Under the pieces are notes generated by a model, which was given only the letters and a program-made list of their open reading frames with translations, did no database searches and was not told the DNA's origin. This document shows, in pieces, positions 41,394 to 50,219 of a stretch of 64,000 nucleotides of DNA. Origin of the DNA: Pseudomonadota bacterium (lineage in GTDB: Bacteria > Pseudomonadota > Alphaproteobacteria > MPNO01); the NCBI GenBank assembly GCA_036339495.1, contig JAYZAW010000088.1, forward strand, positions 4,588-68,587. The letters run 5' to 3'. Position 1 is the stretch's first letter. Each line of letters begins with the position of its first letter. The position numbers and the translations under genes were made by a program.

Positions 41394-42398
41394 CTAGTTT
41401 ACCGCTGTCTTAACGCTCGATTCCGGGAGATCTTCGCCGAAACAGCGCTGATAATATTCCGCCACGGCAGGGCGCTCCAACTCATCGCACTTGTTCAGGA
41501 ACGTCATCCGAAACGCTGTCGCGAGGTCATTGAATATCTGTGTATTCTCGGCCCATGTGATCACCGTCCTGGGAGACATTACTGTGGAAATGTCGCCGTT
41601 CATGAAGCCGGCCCGTGTCAAATCAGCCACGGTGACCATGGAGCTGACCTGATCGCGGCCGTCATCCGTGTCATACGCCGGGACTTTGGACAGAACGATT
41701 TCCATCTCGGCGTCATGGGGCAGATAATTAAGCGTCGTCACCAGATTCCAGCGGTCAAGCTGACCCTGATTGATCTGCTGGGTGCCGTGATAAAGCCCGG
41801 TCGTATCGCCGAGCCCGATGGTATTGGCGGTGGCCAGCAGCCGGAACGCGGGATGCGGCGTGAGAACTTTGTTTTGGTCGAGCAGGGTCATCTTGCCATT
41901 GGCTTCAAGCACCCGCTGGATCACGAACATCACGTCCGGCCGCCCGGCGTCATATTCGTCGAACACCAATGCGCAGGGGGACTGAAACGCCCAAGGCAAA
42001 ATGCCTTCCCTGAATTCCGTGACCTGTTTTCCGTCACGCAGCACGATCGCGTCCTTGCCGATCAAATCGATACGGCTGATATGGCTATCGAGATTGATCC
42101 GGATACACGGCCAGTTCAAACGCGCGGCGACCTGTTCGATGTGCGTCGATTTTCCGGTGCCGTGATAGCCCTGGATCAGAAGCCGCCGGTTGTGAGCGAA
42201 CGCGACGAGAATTGCGAGCGTCGTTTCCTTGTCGAAACAATAGGTTTCATCGAGATCGGGGACATTTTCCGTCGCCTCGCTGAACGCCGGCACCGTCATG
42301 TCGATATCAATTCCGAACACCTGATGCACTGAAATTTCAATATCAGGCATGTTCAGGGCAACGCCGTTGGCGCCCCCATTTGCTTTTTGTGATGGCAT
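41394..42398 (-). CDS. cobS: CobS-like AAA+ (MoxR-class) ATPase
   Basis: Walker [10 protein letters not shown] and Walker B LVFDEYD are present. At 334 aa it is the characteristic CobS size and sits 8 nt from cobT. Confidence 0.88.
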   Translation of the reverse strand: MPSQKANGGANGVALNMPDIEISVHQVFGIDIDMTVPAFSEATENVPDLDETYCFDKETTLAILVAFAHNRRLLIQGYHGTGKSTHIEQVAARLNWPCIRINLDSHISRIDLIGKDAIVLRDGKQVTEFREGILPWAFQSPCALVFDEYDAGRPDVMFVIQRVLEANGKMTLLDQNKVLTPHPAFRLLATANTIGLGDTTGLYHGTQQINQGQLDRWNLVTTLNYLPHDAEMEIVLSKVPAYDTDDGRDQVSSMVTVADLTRAGFMNGDISTVMSPRTVITWAENTQIFNDLATAFRMTFLNKCDELERPAVAEYYQRCFGEDLPESSVKTAVN

Positions 42399-42419
42399 AT
42401 ACTGGGATTCCTCGGTCTA

Positions 42420-43058
42420 CTAACGGGGCTCTGCTTGGAGCCACTCGCTGCGCTTTAGTGTTGAATAGGCGTCATTGATCAATTTTAACCGTTCTTCAGC
42501 CTTCTTGTCGCCCCCGTTCGCGTCTGGATGGAGGCATTTTACCAGTTCCTTGTAACGGATTTTTATCTGATCCGCATTAACGGGCGGCGCCAAATCGAGC
42601 ATCGCCAAGGCTTTTTGTTCCTCTGTCTCGGGCGCCCAAGATTTTGCGCCAGAACCGTTTTGGAACCCGTTCGCCGTCTTACTATTTTCAAACACCCCGA
42701 AATCATCCCTGATTTCAGGGCCTTCGCCATTCATCCGATAGGCGCCGCTGGTCCCGAATGGCCAGCTGGGCCGCCGCCAAGTCGCGTCCGCCCGCCGATG
42801 CGCTTCGATTTCCGGCTCGCTGAGACCTGCATAATAGTCCCATGCGGCGTTATACTCGCGCACGTGGTCGAGGCAAAGCCAAATAAAGCGTTTCAGATCA
42901 CGACGCGACGCCGGCGCCCGATGGATCGCCTCTGCGTCGCAATCGGGCGCGGCGCAGATTCCATCAGCGCCATGGGGCTGGTCAGCCTCAATCAGGCTCA
43001 AAATATCCGCTTTTCTATTCACGGCGCACAGTATGGTGACGCAGGGGGTGGGGTGCAA
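42420..43058 (-). CDS. J-domain protein with Cys-rich N-terminal region (the alphaproteobacterial partner of cobS/cobT)
   Basis: C-terminal J domain ...IKIRYKELVKCLHPDANGGDKKAEERLKLINDAYSTLK, where the HPD motif is present. The N-terminus carries several Cys residues (CVTILC...CAAPDC...CLDH). Confidence 0.75.
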   Translation of the reverse strand: MHPTPCVTILCAVNRKADILSLIEADQPHGADGICAAPDCDAEAIHRAPASRRDLKRFIWLCLDHVREYNAAWDYYAGLSEPEIEAHRRADATWRRPSWPFGTSGAYRMNGEGPEIRDDFGVFENSKTANGFQNGSGAKSWAPETEEQKALAMLDLAPPVNADQIKIRYKELVKCLHPDANGGDKKAEERLKLINDAYSTLKRSEWLQAEPR

Positions 43059-43100
43059 GGTCGCTAAGCTCCCCTATTTCCGCCGCCAAAGACTGCGAAT

Positions 43101-43667
43101 TCAGGTCCCGGTATAGTAATCCGGAAAGTCCGCACGCACGATTTTCCCGTCGCTGCTCCACGTATGGCAGGTATTCAAGGTCGGTTTTACGCCTTTTTCC
43201 TTGCTTCTCTGCCGGGGCCCGGACCGCGACCACAGGACCGTGTGAAAAGCGACAGTCGCGATCGGGCGCAGCAGATCCACCAAATGGGCGCAACCGTGCA
43301 CGCCGCCGAGCCGTTGGCGGACATCGCGGTTCCATCCCGGCCCGATTTTGAGCCCCATGAGTTTATCGAAGCTGGGGACAATATTGCCGCAAATGGGAAA
43401 CGGCGAGGCATCCATTACCGTTTCGACATTCTGGACGACGATATCGTCATCGACGGTCAGACGCAGCCACATATCGTGGTAAAACTGGCCTGGTGCCATC
43501 GTGCCGCGATATTTGTTTTCAAACGCGTAAGCCTTGGCGTCGGTAAGATGCCCTTCGATATCCCACATTCCATCGTCGCGCGCGAAACTGCGGCATTCGC
43601 TTGCCCTTGTGTGAACGGGCTCGCGCGTCACCTGCGGCGATGTCAGCGGCATATCGGTCTCCATCAA
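43101..43667 (-). CDS. DUF2889-like conserved hypothetical protein
   Basis: 188 aa containing ...GGVHGCAHLVDLLRPIATVAFHTV.... It is divergently transcribed from the PaaK-like ligase gene. The family assignment is from memory of the motif and has low certainty. Confidence 0.45.
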   Translation of the reverse strand: MMETDMPLTSPQVTREPVHTRASECRSFARDDGMWDIEGHLTDAKAYAFENKYRGTMAPGQFYHDMWLRLTVDDDIVVQNVETVMDASPFPICGNIVPSFDKLMGLKIGPGWNRDVRQRLGGVHGCAHLVDLLRPIATVAFHTVLWSRSGPRQRSKEKGVKPTLNTCHTWSSDGKIVRADFPDYYTGT

Positions 43668-43793
43668 TTGAGAAGCCCGGCACTATACGTGGGACGCGGA
43701 TTTGGTCAACGATCCCTGGTATAATATCAACGGTCCTTGCCGCGCCCCGCCCGGTCCCATACAACATGCCGGAATGGCAGAAAGGCGAAACAT

Positions 43794-44975
43794 ATGAGTT
43801 TCCCGCGCGACACGGTCAACCAGATGCTGGACCGGCTTGGGGCGCATCCATTTTATAGGAACCGGCTGCCCGGCGCGGTATCCGGCGCGGAAGAATTCGC
43901 CGCCGCGATCCCGCTGATGGCGCGCGGCGATTTGGTCGCCGAGATGGAAAAGCCCGGCTATGGCGCGTTCGGCGGCGCTAACCCGGTCCGTATGAATATG
44001 AGCCCCATGGGCGCCTCGCTGATTCCGGCCATGCAAAGCGCGGGCGATATCGCCAACATGGTGGCCGCCTGCCGGACTCATCTGGATGCCTGCGGGATTA
44101 CCGACGACGACATTTGCGCGGTCACGTTCGGATATCATCTTTTCGTCGCCGGGCTGTTTTACCAAACCCAGATGGAGGCCCATGGCGTGGCCTGCATTCC
44201 CTTGGGACCGGGCGAGGTGGAAAGGGCGGTGGAACTTTGCGCCAGACACAATGTCACTGTGCTGGCGGGCAATCCGTCGTTTTCGCTGCGGCTGATCGAA
44301 GCCGGTTTGAAACCGCCCCGGGTGTTTTTCGCGGGCGGCGAAGCCTTTACCGGCAACCCGGCGCTCCATGGCGCGGTGCGCGCGGCCATGCCCGACACCT
44401 TTCTCGTCGATGCGTTTTCGTTGTCTGAATTCCTTCCCGTGGCCCGCACCTTTCCCGGCGGCGAAGGCGTACATGTATTTGACGAACTGGTTTATGCGGA
44501 AGTCATCGACCCGGAAAGCGGTTTGCCGGTGGCGGATGGCGAGCGCGGAGAACTGGTGCTGACCCATCTCAAAAAAGAAGCGCAGCCTTTAATCCGCTAC
44601 CGCACGGGCGACTTGACGGTCAGGCGCATGACCGATCCGGTTTGCGGGCGGGTGGTAAATCTTCCCCGAGTGGTTTTTGGCCGAACCGATAACATGGTCA
44701 AAATCAAGGGCGTCAAGCTCTACCCATCGGAAATCCGGGCTGTTTTATTGGGGATCAAGGGGATCACCGGCAAGTACAGCTTGTCGGTTTCATCCGGCCC
44801 GGGCGGCGGTGATCGGATAGCGCTTCGGCTGGAAGGCGCGGCCGGCGATGACATCATCGAAGAAATTTCAAAACGGTTCAAATCCCAGACCCTGATTTCC
44901 GCCGACGAAATCGTACTGGTCGAGGAACTCCCCGGCGACGCGTTGGTTGCCGACACGCGAAGGGACACTTCATGA
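43794..44975 (+). CDS. Phenylacetate-CoA ligase / coenzyme F390 synthetase / LuxE-like adenylate-forming enzyme
   Basis: About 394 aa with the PaaK-family architecture and a C-terminal ...VKIKGVKLYPSEIRAVLL... motif (the invariant Lys in the KIKG context). The start was trimmed to MSFPRD (43794). Confidence 0.75.
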   Translation: MSFPRDTVNQMLDRLGAHPFYRNRLPGAVSGAEEFAAAIPLMARGDLVAEMEKPGYGAFGGANPVRMNMSPMGASLIPAMQSAGDIANMVAACRTHLDACGITDDDICAVTFGYHLFVAGLFYQTQMEAHGVACIPLGPGEVERAVELCARHNVTVLAGNPSFSLRLIEAGLKPPRVFFAGGEAFTGNPALHGAVRAAMPDTFLVDAFSLSEFLPVARTFPGGEGVHVFDELVYAEVIDPESGLPVADGERGELVLTHLKKEAQPLIRYRTGDLTVRRMTDPVCGRVVNLPRVVFGRTDNMVKIKGVKLYPSEIRAVLLGIKGITGKYSLSVSSGPGGGDRIALRLEGAAGDDIIEEISKRFKSQTLISADEIVLVEELPGDALVADTRRDTS

Positions 44976-46075
44976 GCGACTGGCGCTTTATCGTCGATCA
45001 CAATTCCTATGCCGATTTTTCGGTCTCTGTCTCGCCGGCGATTGAAAAGGCCGTGGTATCGGGTGAAGCGCCGCCGACAGTCTTTCTTTGCCTGTTCGAC
45101 GCTGATTCGATCACCATCGGCGTCAATGAGGACCCGGAGCAAGCGCTCGATTTGGAATTTTGCGACCAACACAACATCGCCTTTCGCCGCCGACTGAACG
45201 GCGGAGGGGCTATTTATGCGGGTAAAGGCTCGGCGCTGATCGTATTGACGCTCAAAACAGACCATGAACGGGTCCCTGACACGTCCGCGGACGCGTTCCC
45301 CCAAATTCTGACGGCTTTTGCCGAGGTTTTCGCCCGGCGCTATGGTTTTGAGGCGGAATACCGGCCGCTCAACGATATTCAGGTCGAAGGCCGAAAACTG
45401 GTACCGACGTCGCTGAAAATCGAAAACGGCGTCATGACCATGCGCTTTGTGGTCAATTTGAAACCCATCGACACTGAAATGGCGGGCCGCACCATGCCCA
45501 TGCCGCCGGAAAAAGTGGCGGATAAGGAACTCAAGGATCTGACTTCCCGCTTTACCTGGCTGGAGCGCGAAGCAAAACGCGAAATCTCCAGCGCGGAGCT
45601 TGAAGCATTTACGCTGGATTGCATCGAGCACGCCTTCGGTGAGACCAATCTGGAACGTTCGAATTTAATCGCCGCTGAAAATTCATACGCCGAGGATTTT
45701 CGGGCCCAATTCGAGGCCGACGACTGGCTGTTCGGAAAAAGCGAACGCAACCGATTCCGCGATCTGTTGCGGCCCGGCGACACGGTCGGTCGCGGCCGGG
45801 TCAAGGCCGTGGGCGGGATGATCCGCGCGACATTGGCTATTCGCGACGGGCGGGTTTTGCAGGCGATCATCAACGGCGATTGGCATCCACGTCCGATCGA
45901 CGGCATCGGTTGGCTGGAAGAGGCGCTGACGGGAGTGGCGGCGGAACCGGCGGCGCTGAAGGATTGCGCCGGTGCATTCCTTGACCGGCTGGACATCGAG
46001 TTCGCGGGGGTCGAAAAGGCAGATTTGACCTCGGCGCTCGAAAAAGCACTGGCCGATCAGCAGCCCGGTCTTTGA
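44972..46075 (+). CDS. Lipoate/biotin protein ligase-fold protein (LplA-like, divergent)
   Basis: 367 aa. A BPL_LplA_LipB-type N-domain carries the ...NDIQVEGRKLVPTS... lysine motif, and a C-terminal accessory domain is present. The start overlaps the ligase stop by 4 nt (ATGA). Confidence 0.6.
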   Translation: MSDWRFIVDHNSYADFSVSVSPAIEKAVVSGEAPPTVFLCLFDADSITIGVNEDPEQALDLEFCDQHNIAFRRRLNGGGAIYAGKGSALIVLTLKTDHERVPDTSADAFPQILTAFAEVFARRYGFEAEYRPLNDIQVEGRKLVPTSLKIENGVMTMRFVVNLKPIDTEMAGRTMPMPPEKVADKELKDLTSRFTWLEREAKREISSAELEAFTLDCIEHAFGETNLERSNLIAAENSYAEDFRAQFEADDWLFGKSERNRFRDLLRPGDTVGRGRVKAVGGMIRATLAIRDGRVLQAIINGDWHPRPIDGIGWLEEALTGVAAEPAALKDCAGAFLDRLDIEFAGVEKADLTSALEKALADQQPGL

Positions 46076-46078
46076 AAC

Positions 46079-46462
46079 ATGCCGGATTCCGTCGAACTCC
46101 CGGCTGTTCCCGGCGCTTATGTGCTGATCATGGAGAGCAAGCGCCCAATTCCGGTGGCGATCGGCAGTCTGCCTGAAACGACGCTTCCCCCTGGACAATA
46201 TGCCTATGTAGGCAGCGCCCGGGGACCCGGCGGCATCCGCGCAAGGGTGACCCGTCATCTGCGCAGGGACAAAAAGCTCCACTGGCATATCGACCGCATC
46301 ACCACGGCGACCGAAATCACCGATATACGAACCTACCCGGGCGGCGATGAATGCGGTCTGGTGGCCAAAATACTGGCTCACCCGGGCGCGCATCACCCGA
46401 TCATCGGATTTGGCAGTTCCGATTGCCGCAATTGCGCGTCGCATTTCGTCGCGCTGGATTGA
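46079..46462 (+). CDS. DUF123 (Uri/GIY-YIG-like superfamily) protein
   Basis: 127 aa with GAYVL...YAYVGSA...KKLHWHIDRI... motifs characteristic of DUF123. It starts 3 nt after the LplA-like stop. Confidence 0.55.
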   Translation: MPDSVELPAVPGAYVLIMESKRPIPVAIGSLPETTLPPGQYAYVGSARGPGGIRARVTRHLRRDKKLHWHIDRITTATEITDIRTYPGGDECGLVAKILAHPGAHHPIIGFGSSDCRNCASHFVALD

Positions 46463-46475
46463 ACGGAATCACCCC

Positions 46476-46766
46476 TTACTCAGCCGCCGCGGCCGCTATT
46501 TCGGCGGTATCGATTCCGGACGACTGCGCCATGCCCATAGCCACCAGATAGGTGTCGAGCAACAATTCCTGCTCCTGGCGGTCGGCATCTTCCATTTTGC
46601 GCAAACGAACCACCTGGCGCATGATTTTTGGATCGAATCCGGTTCCCTTGGCCTCGGCATAGACCTCTTTGATATCGGCGCCGAGTTCGGCTTTTTCCTC
46701 TTCAAGCCGCTCAATTCGTTCAATAAATGAGCGAAGCCTATCCTGCGCTGCATCACCGTCGACCAT
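46476..46766 (-). CDS. gapR: GapR-like nucleoid-associated protein (DUF2312)
   Basis: ...[65 protein letters not shown]... The start was trimmed to MVDGD. Confidence 0.8.
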   Translation of the reverse strand: MVDGDAAQDRLRSFIERIERLEEEKAELGADIKEVYAEAKGTGFDPKIMRQVVRLRKMEDADRQEQELLLDTYLVAMGMAQSSGIDTAEIAAAAAE

Positions 46767-46893
46767 GGTCGTCTCTCCCTTACACAAATTCCCGGAATCG
46801 GAAGTCAGAACCATAAAGAACCACGCCCCGAATCAGAACGATCAGACCTGGACGACAGCCAAATAGCTGTGGATAAGGAGTCAATAACCTCGA

Positions 46894-47208
46894 TCAGCCA
46901 TCCGTGGTCAGCTTCGGATCGGCCATGACTTCCTTGTCTTGCGCCCGTTGTTCGGCGCTGGCCTCGGCTTGATGGTTCGCCTTCCATTCGTCATAGGGCA
47001 TGCCGTAAACATGCGCGCGCGCGTCTTCCATCGACAAGTCAACGCCGCGTTCCTTGCCCGCCGCAACCATCCACTTGCTGAGACAGTTCCGGCAGAACCC
47101 CGACAGATTCATCAAATCGATATTCTGCACATCCTTGCGCTTCTGGAAGTGACCGATCAATGTGCGAAATGCCGCGGCTTCCAATTCCGTGCGGGTTTGT
47201 TGGTCCAT
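46894..47208 (-). CDS. DUF1244 protein
   Basis: MDQQTRTELEAAAFRTLIGHFQKR...NLSGFCRNCLSKW motif. The start was trimmed to ATG 47208. Confidence 0.7.
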   Translation of the reverse strand: MDQQTRTELEAAAFRTLIGHFQKRKDVQNIDLMNLSGFCRNCLSKWMVAAGKERGVDLSMEDARAHVYGMPYDEWKANHQAEASAEQRAQDKEVMADPKLTTDG

Positions 47209-47286
47209 TCTGTCCTCCTGAATTTGGTCTGGATGGAATATTGGACCCGCCACCGCGAATGTCCATCCCCTAGACAGGACCATTTA

Positions 47287-48096
47287 TCACAGGCCGGCGA
47301 CCGTTTCCTCGATCAGTAAGTCGACCACTGATTTCAGCGCGGACTCATGGTCCGACCCCAATTTTACCGCCGCGTGATAGGCCGCAAGCTGGTGATGCGC
47401 GCTAGCGCCTCGGGTGACGATGATACGCGCATGTTCGAGTTCGTCCCGCCAGTCGAAAAATTCGGCGTCTTCACGCAGCAGTTCAATGATTTCGTGGAGC
47501 AATTCGTTGAATGGGACGATTTTACCCTTGCCGAAATCGACCAAACCTTCATCGAAACCGTAACGTTGGGCGCGCCACCTGTTTTCATCGACTAGAAATC
47601 TCGAATAAACGCGCCAGCGCTGATTATCGCGCCGCAGCCGGTACAGCGCCCGGCACAGGCATCGATAGTTCGCCGCGATGCATATGGCGTCGTCGAGCCG
47701 GGTACAAACATCGGTAATGCGCATTTCCAATGTGGGAAACCGCGCCGACGGGCGGATATCCCACCAAATATTTCTGGCGTCCTCGATCAAACCGGCGTGA
47801 ACCAGGGCATTCACGGTCCGTTGGTATTCTCCATGGCTTGCGAATTGCTCCGGCAGACCGCTGCGCGGCAATTCGTTGAACACACAGAGCAGGTATGATT
47901 TCAACCAGGTATCAGCCTCCTCCCAAAATGGCGACGAGGTGCTCAGCGCCAACAAATGAGGCAGGAAGTATGGGATCTGATTGAGGATGTCGATGGCGAG
48001 GTCATCATCGTCGAGGCCATTGAGTCTCTCAGAAAATTGTAACGCAAAGGCCGTGATCGTCGCTAGGCTGCGGGGTGATCCGCGGAACGTAACGGA
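47287..48096 (-). pseudogene. N-terminally truncated GCS2-family carboxylate-amine ligase (YbdK-like) remnant
   Basis: The open frame encodes only the C-terminal 220-265 aa (...IPYFLPHLLALSTSSPFW...WWDIRPSARFPTLEMRITDVCTRLDDAICIAANY...). This aligns to YbdK residues from about 125 to the end. Upstream, the frame has no ATG/GTG and runs into the adjacent ADH gene, so the N-terminal catalytic region is missing. Confidence 0.6.
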
Positions 48097-49130
48097 TCAA
48101 GAATTAGCTTGCCCGAAGTTTCCCGGCGTTCCATAAGCCCATGGGCGATATCGGCCTCGTGCAGCGGTAGGATACGGTCGATTTTCGCTGGGCGAATGGT
48201 TCCGGCTTGCGCCTGTTCCATGGTCCATTCAATGTCGCTGGTATCGCACCCGGGACTGCCGAGGATTTTGATCCGCCTGAGATAAAGCCGCGTTATATCG
48301 AGCGGAACCGTACCACCGCCATGCGCGCCCGCCGTGACCAGCCGGCCGCGGGCGGCAAGGCTATTGAAGGCGCCGGGCCACAAATCTGGATCACCGATAT
48401 TTTCCGCGACAACTTGAACGCCGCGCCCATCCGTCAGTCGCCCTACTTCCCCGGCCAGGTCCTGAGTCCGGTAATTGATACCGAAATCGGCGCCAAAATC
48501 GATCCCCGTTTGCACCCTTTCATCGGTGCCGGCCGCCGCGATTACGGTCGCGCCCATCTGTTTGGCGACCTGGATGGAACTGGACCCGAGGCCGCCCGCC
48601 GCGCCCATCACCAGAATCCACTCGCCTGATTGCAACTCGGCGCGCTTATGCAGCATATGGCGCGCGGTTGGAAAATGGCGGGTGATAACGGTGGCTTCGG
48701 CAAACCCCAGCTTGTCCGGAATAGGGTAAACAACCTGCTGCGGCACCATGACCTGCTCGGCATAGCCGCCCCAACGGTTCACGCCCAGGCTGCTGCCGCC
48801 GATGCATTCCGATTGCTGCCCCGCCACACAGAATTCACATGTCTCACAGCGAATTCCAGCCTGAACATTAACCCGGTCGCCGACCACCACGTGATCGACA
48901 TCGGCACCCACGGCGATCACGACCCCGCTCGGGTCGACGCCGAGCACATGCGGCAAGGGCGTACCACGTGCGTAGCGGCCGGACCTCACCATGACATCCA
49001 GCGTGTAATTGACCGACACGCTATGGACCGCGACCACAACATCGCCGGAGGCCGGGGCCAAATCCGGAAGTTCCTCCAGACGCATGACCTCTGGACCGCC
49101 GAACTCCCTGATCACCAACGCTTTCATCAA
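48063..49130 (-). CDS. Zinc-binding alcohol dehydrogenase / quinone oxidoreductase (MDR family)
   Basis: 355 aa with a GroES-like N-domain, CETCEFCVAGQQSEC structural-zinc Cys cluster and GAAGGLGS Rossmann motif. Confidence 0.82.
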   Translation of the reverse strand: MMKALVIREFGGPEVMRLEELPDLAPASGDVVVAVHSVSVNYTLDVMVRSGRYARGTPLPHVLGVDPSGVVIAVGADVDHVVVGDRVNVQAGIRCETCEFCVAGQQSECIGGSSLGVNRWGGYAEQVMVPQQVVYPIPDKLGFAEATVITRHFPTARHMLHKRAELQSGEWILVMGAAGGLGSSSIQVAKQMGATVIAAAGTDERVQTGIDFGADFGINYRTQDLAGEVGRLTDGRGVQVVAENIGDPDLWPGAFNSLAARGRLVTAGAHGGGTVPLDITRLYLRRIKILGSPGCDTSDIEWTMEQAQAGTIRPAKIDRILPLHEADIAHGLMERRETSGKLILDPLRSADHPAA

Positions 49131-49155
49131 ATTATCTTTTCAAACGATCGGTAAT

Positions 49156-50211
49156 TCATTTGTCACCAAGTTCCGCGCGCACGATGGACGCGCCATCGAC
49201 CATGGCCGAAAGCTTGCCGAATGCGATCTCGCGGGACAGATACTTCATGCCGCAATCGGGCGCCACGATTAGACGGTCAGCCGATACGCGCTTCAGGGCC
49301 TGGCGAATTCGATCCGCCACCATTTCCGGCGTCTCAACTTCCGGGTCGCCCATGGAAATCACGCCCAGCATGATTTTTTTCGACGCCAACGATCCGATTA
49401 CGGAATTATCGAGCCGGGGTTCCGCGGCCTCAATCGAAATCTGATCGGCGCAACACGCATCCAATTCGGGCAAAAAAGAATATCCGCTGGGCTTTTCATG
49501 GACGACCGCGGCATATCCGAAGCACATATGGATTGCCGTCTCGCCGGTTGCGCCTTCCAGCGCCCGGGCGATCGTTTTGACGGCGTATCTCTTGGCTTTT
49601 TCATGGCGCGACTGCATCCATGGCTCATCGAGTTGAACGATATCGGCGCCGGCGTGGAACAACGCCCGGACTTCTTCATTGACCGCCTCGGCATAGGCCA
49701 TCGCCAAGGCTTCTTCGTCCCCGTAATACTCGTCTTGCGCCTGCTGACTCATGGTGAAAGGGCCGGGTAGAGTTATTCTGATGGCGCGATCCGTGTTGGC
49801 GCGCAAGAATTCGGTATCGCGCACCTGGACCGGCCGCGCCCGTCGAATCGGCCCGACGACGCGGGGCACGGGCGTGGAACTTCCGGTTCGTCCCAGCACC
49901 GAGCCCGGGCTGTCGATATCGACGCCTTCGAGCGCGGTCGCAAAATGGTTTGAATAGCTTTCCCGTCTGATCTCTCCGTCGGTAATGATATCGATCCCGG
50001 CGCGTTCCATATCGCGCACAGCCAGAATTGTGGCGTCGTCCTGCGCGTCCTGGAGATTTTCCTCGGACACCCGCCATAACTCACGCGCCCGCACGCGAGG
50101 GGGCATTCGGCTTTTCAGTTTGTCCTGATCAACCAGCCATGTGGGCTGAGGGTAGCTTCCGACCACGCTGGTCGGAAGCAGATTTGGAACTGTTCTACTC
50201 ATACGCGCCAA
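49156..50211 (-). CDS. Cobalamin-independent methionine synthase (MetE) C-terminal-domain-like protein
   Basis: 351 aa. The UroD/MetE-like barrel starts with VVGSYPQP (compare the MetE C-domain) and carries zinc-ligand-like His/Cys (HMCFG...APDCGM). Confidence 0.65.
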   Translation of the reverse strand: MARMSRTVPNLLPTSVVGSYPQPTWLVDQDKLKSRMPPRVRARELWRVSEENLQDAQDDATILAVRDMERAGIDIITDGEIRRESYSNHFATALEGVDIDSPGSVLGRTGSSTPVPRVVGPIRRARPVQVRDTEFLRANTDRAIRITLPGPFTMSQQAQDEYYGDEEALAMAYAEAVNEEVRALFHAGADIVQLDEPWMQSRHEKAKRYAVKTIARALEGATGETAIHMCFGYAAVVHEKPSGYSFLPELDACCADQISIEAAEPRLDNSVIGSLASKKIMLGVISMGDPEVETPEMVADRIRQALKRVSADRLIVAPDCGMKYLSREIAFGKLSAMVDGASIVRAELGDK

Positions 50212-50219
50212 CCTCTTAT

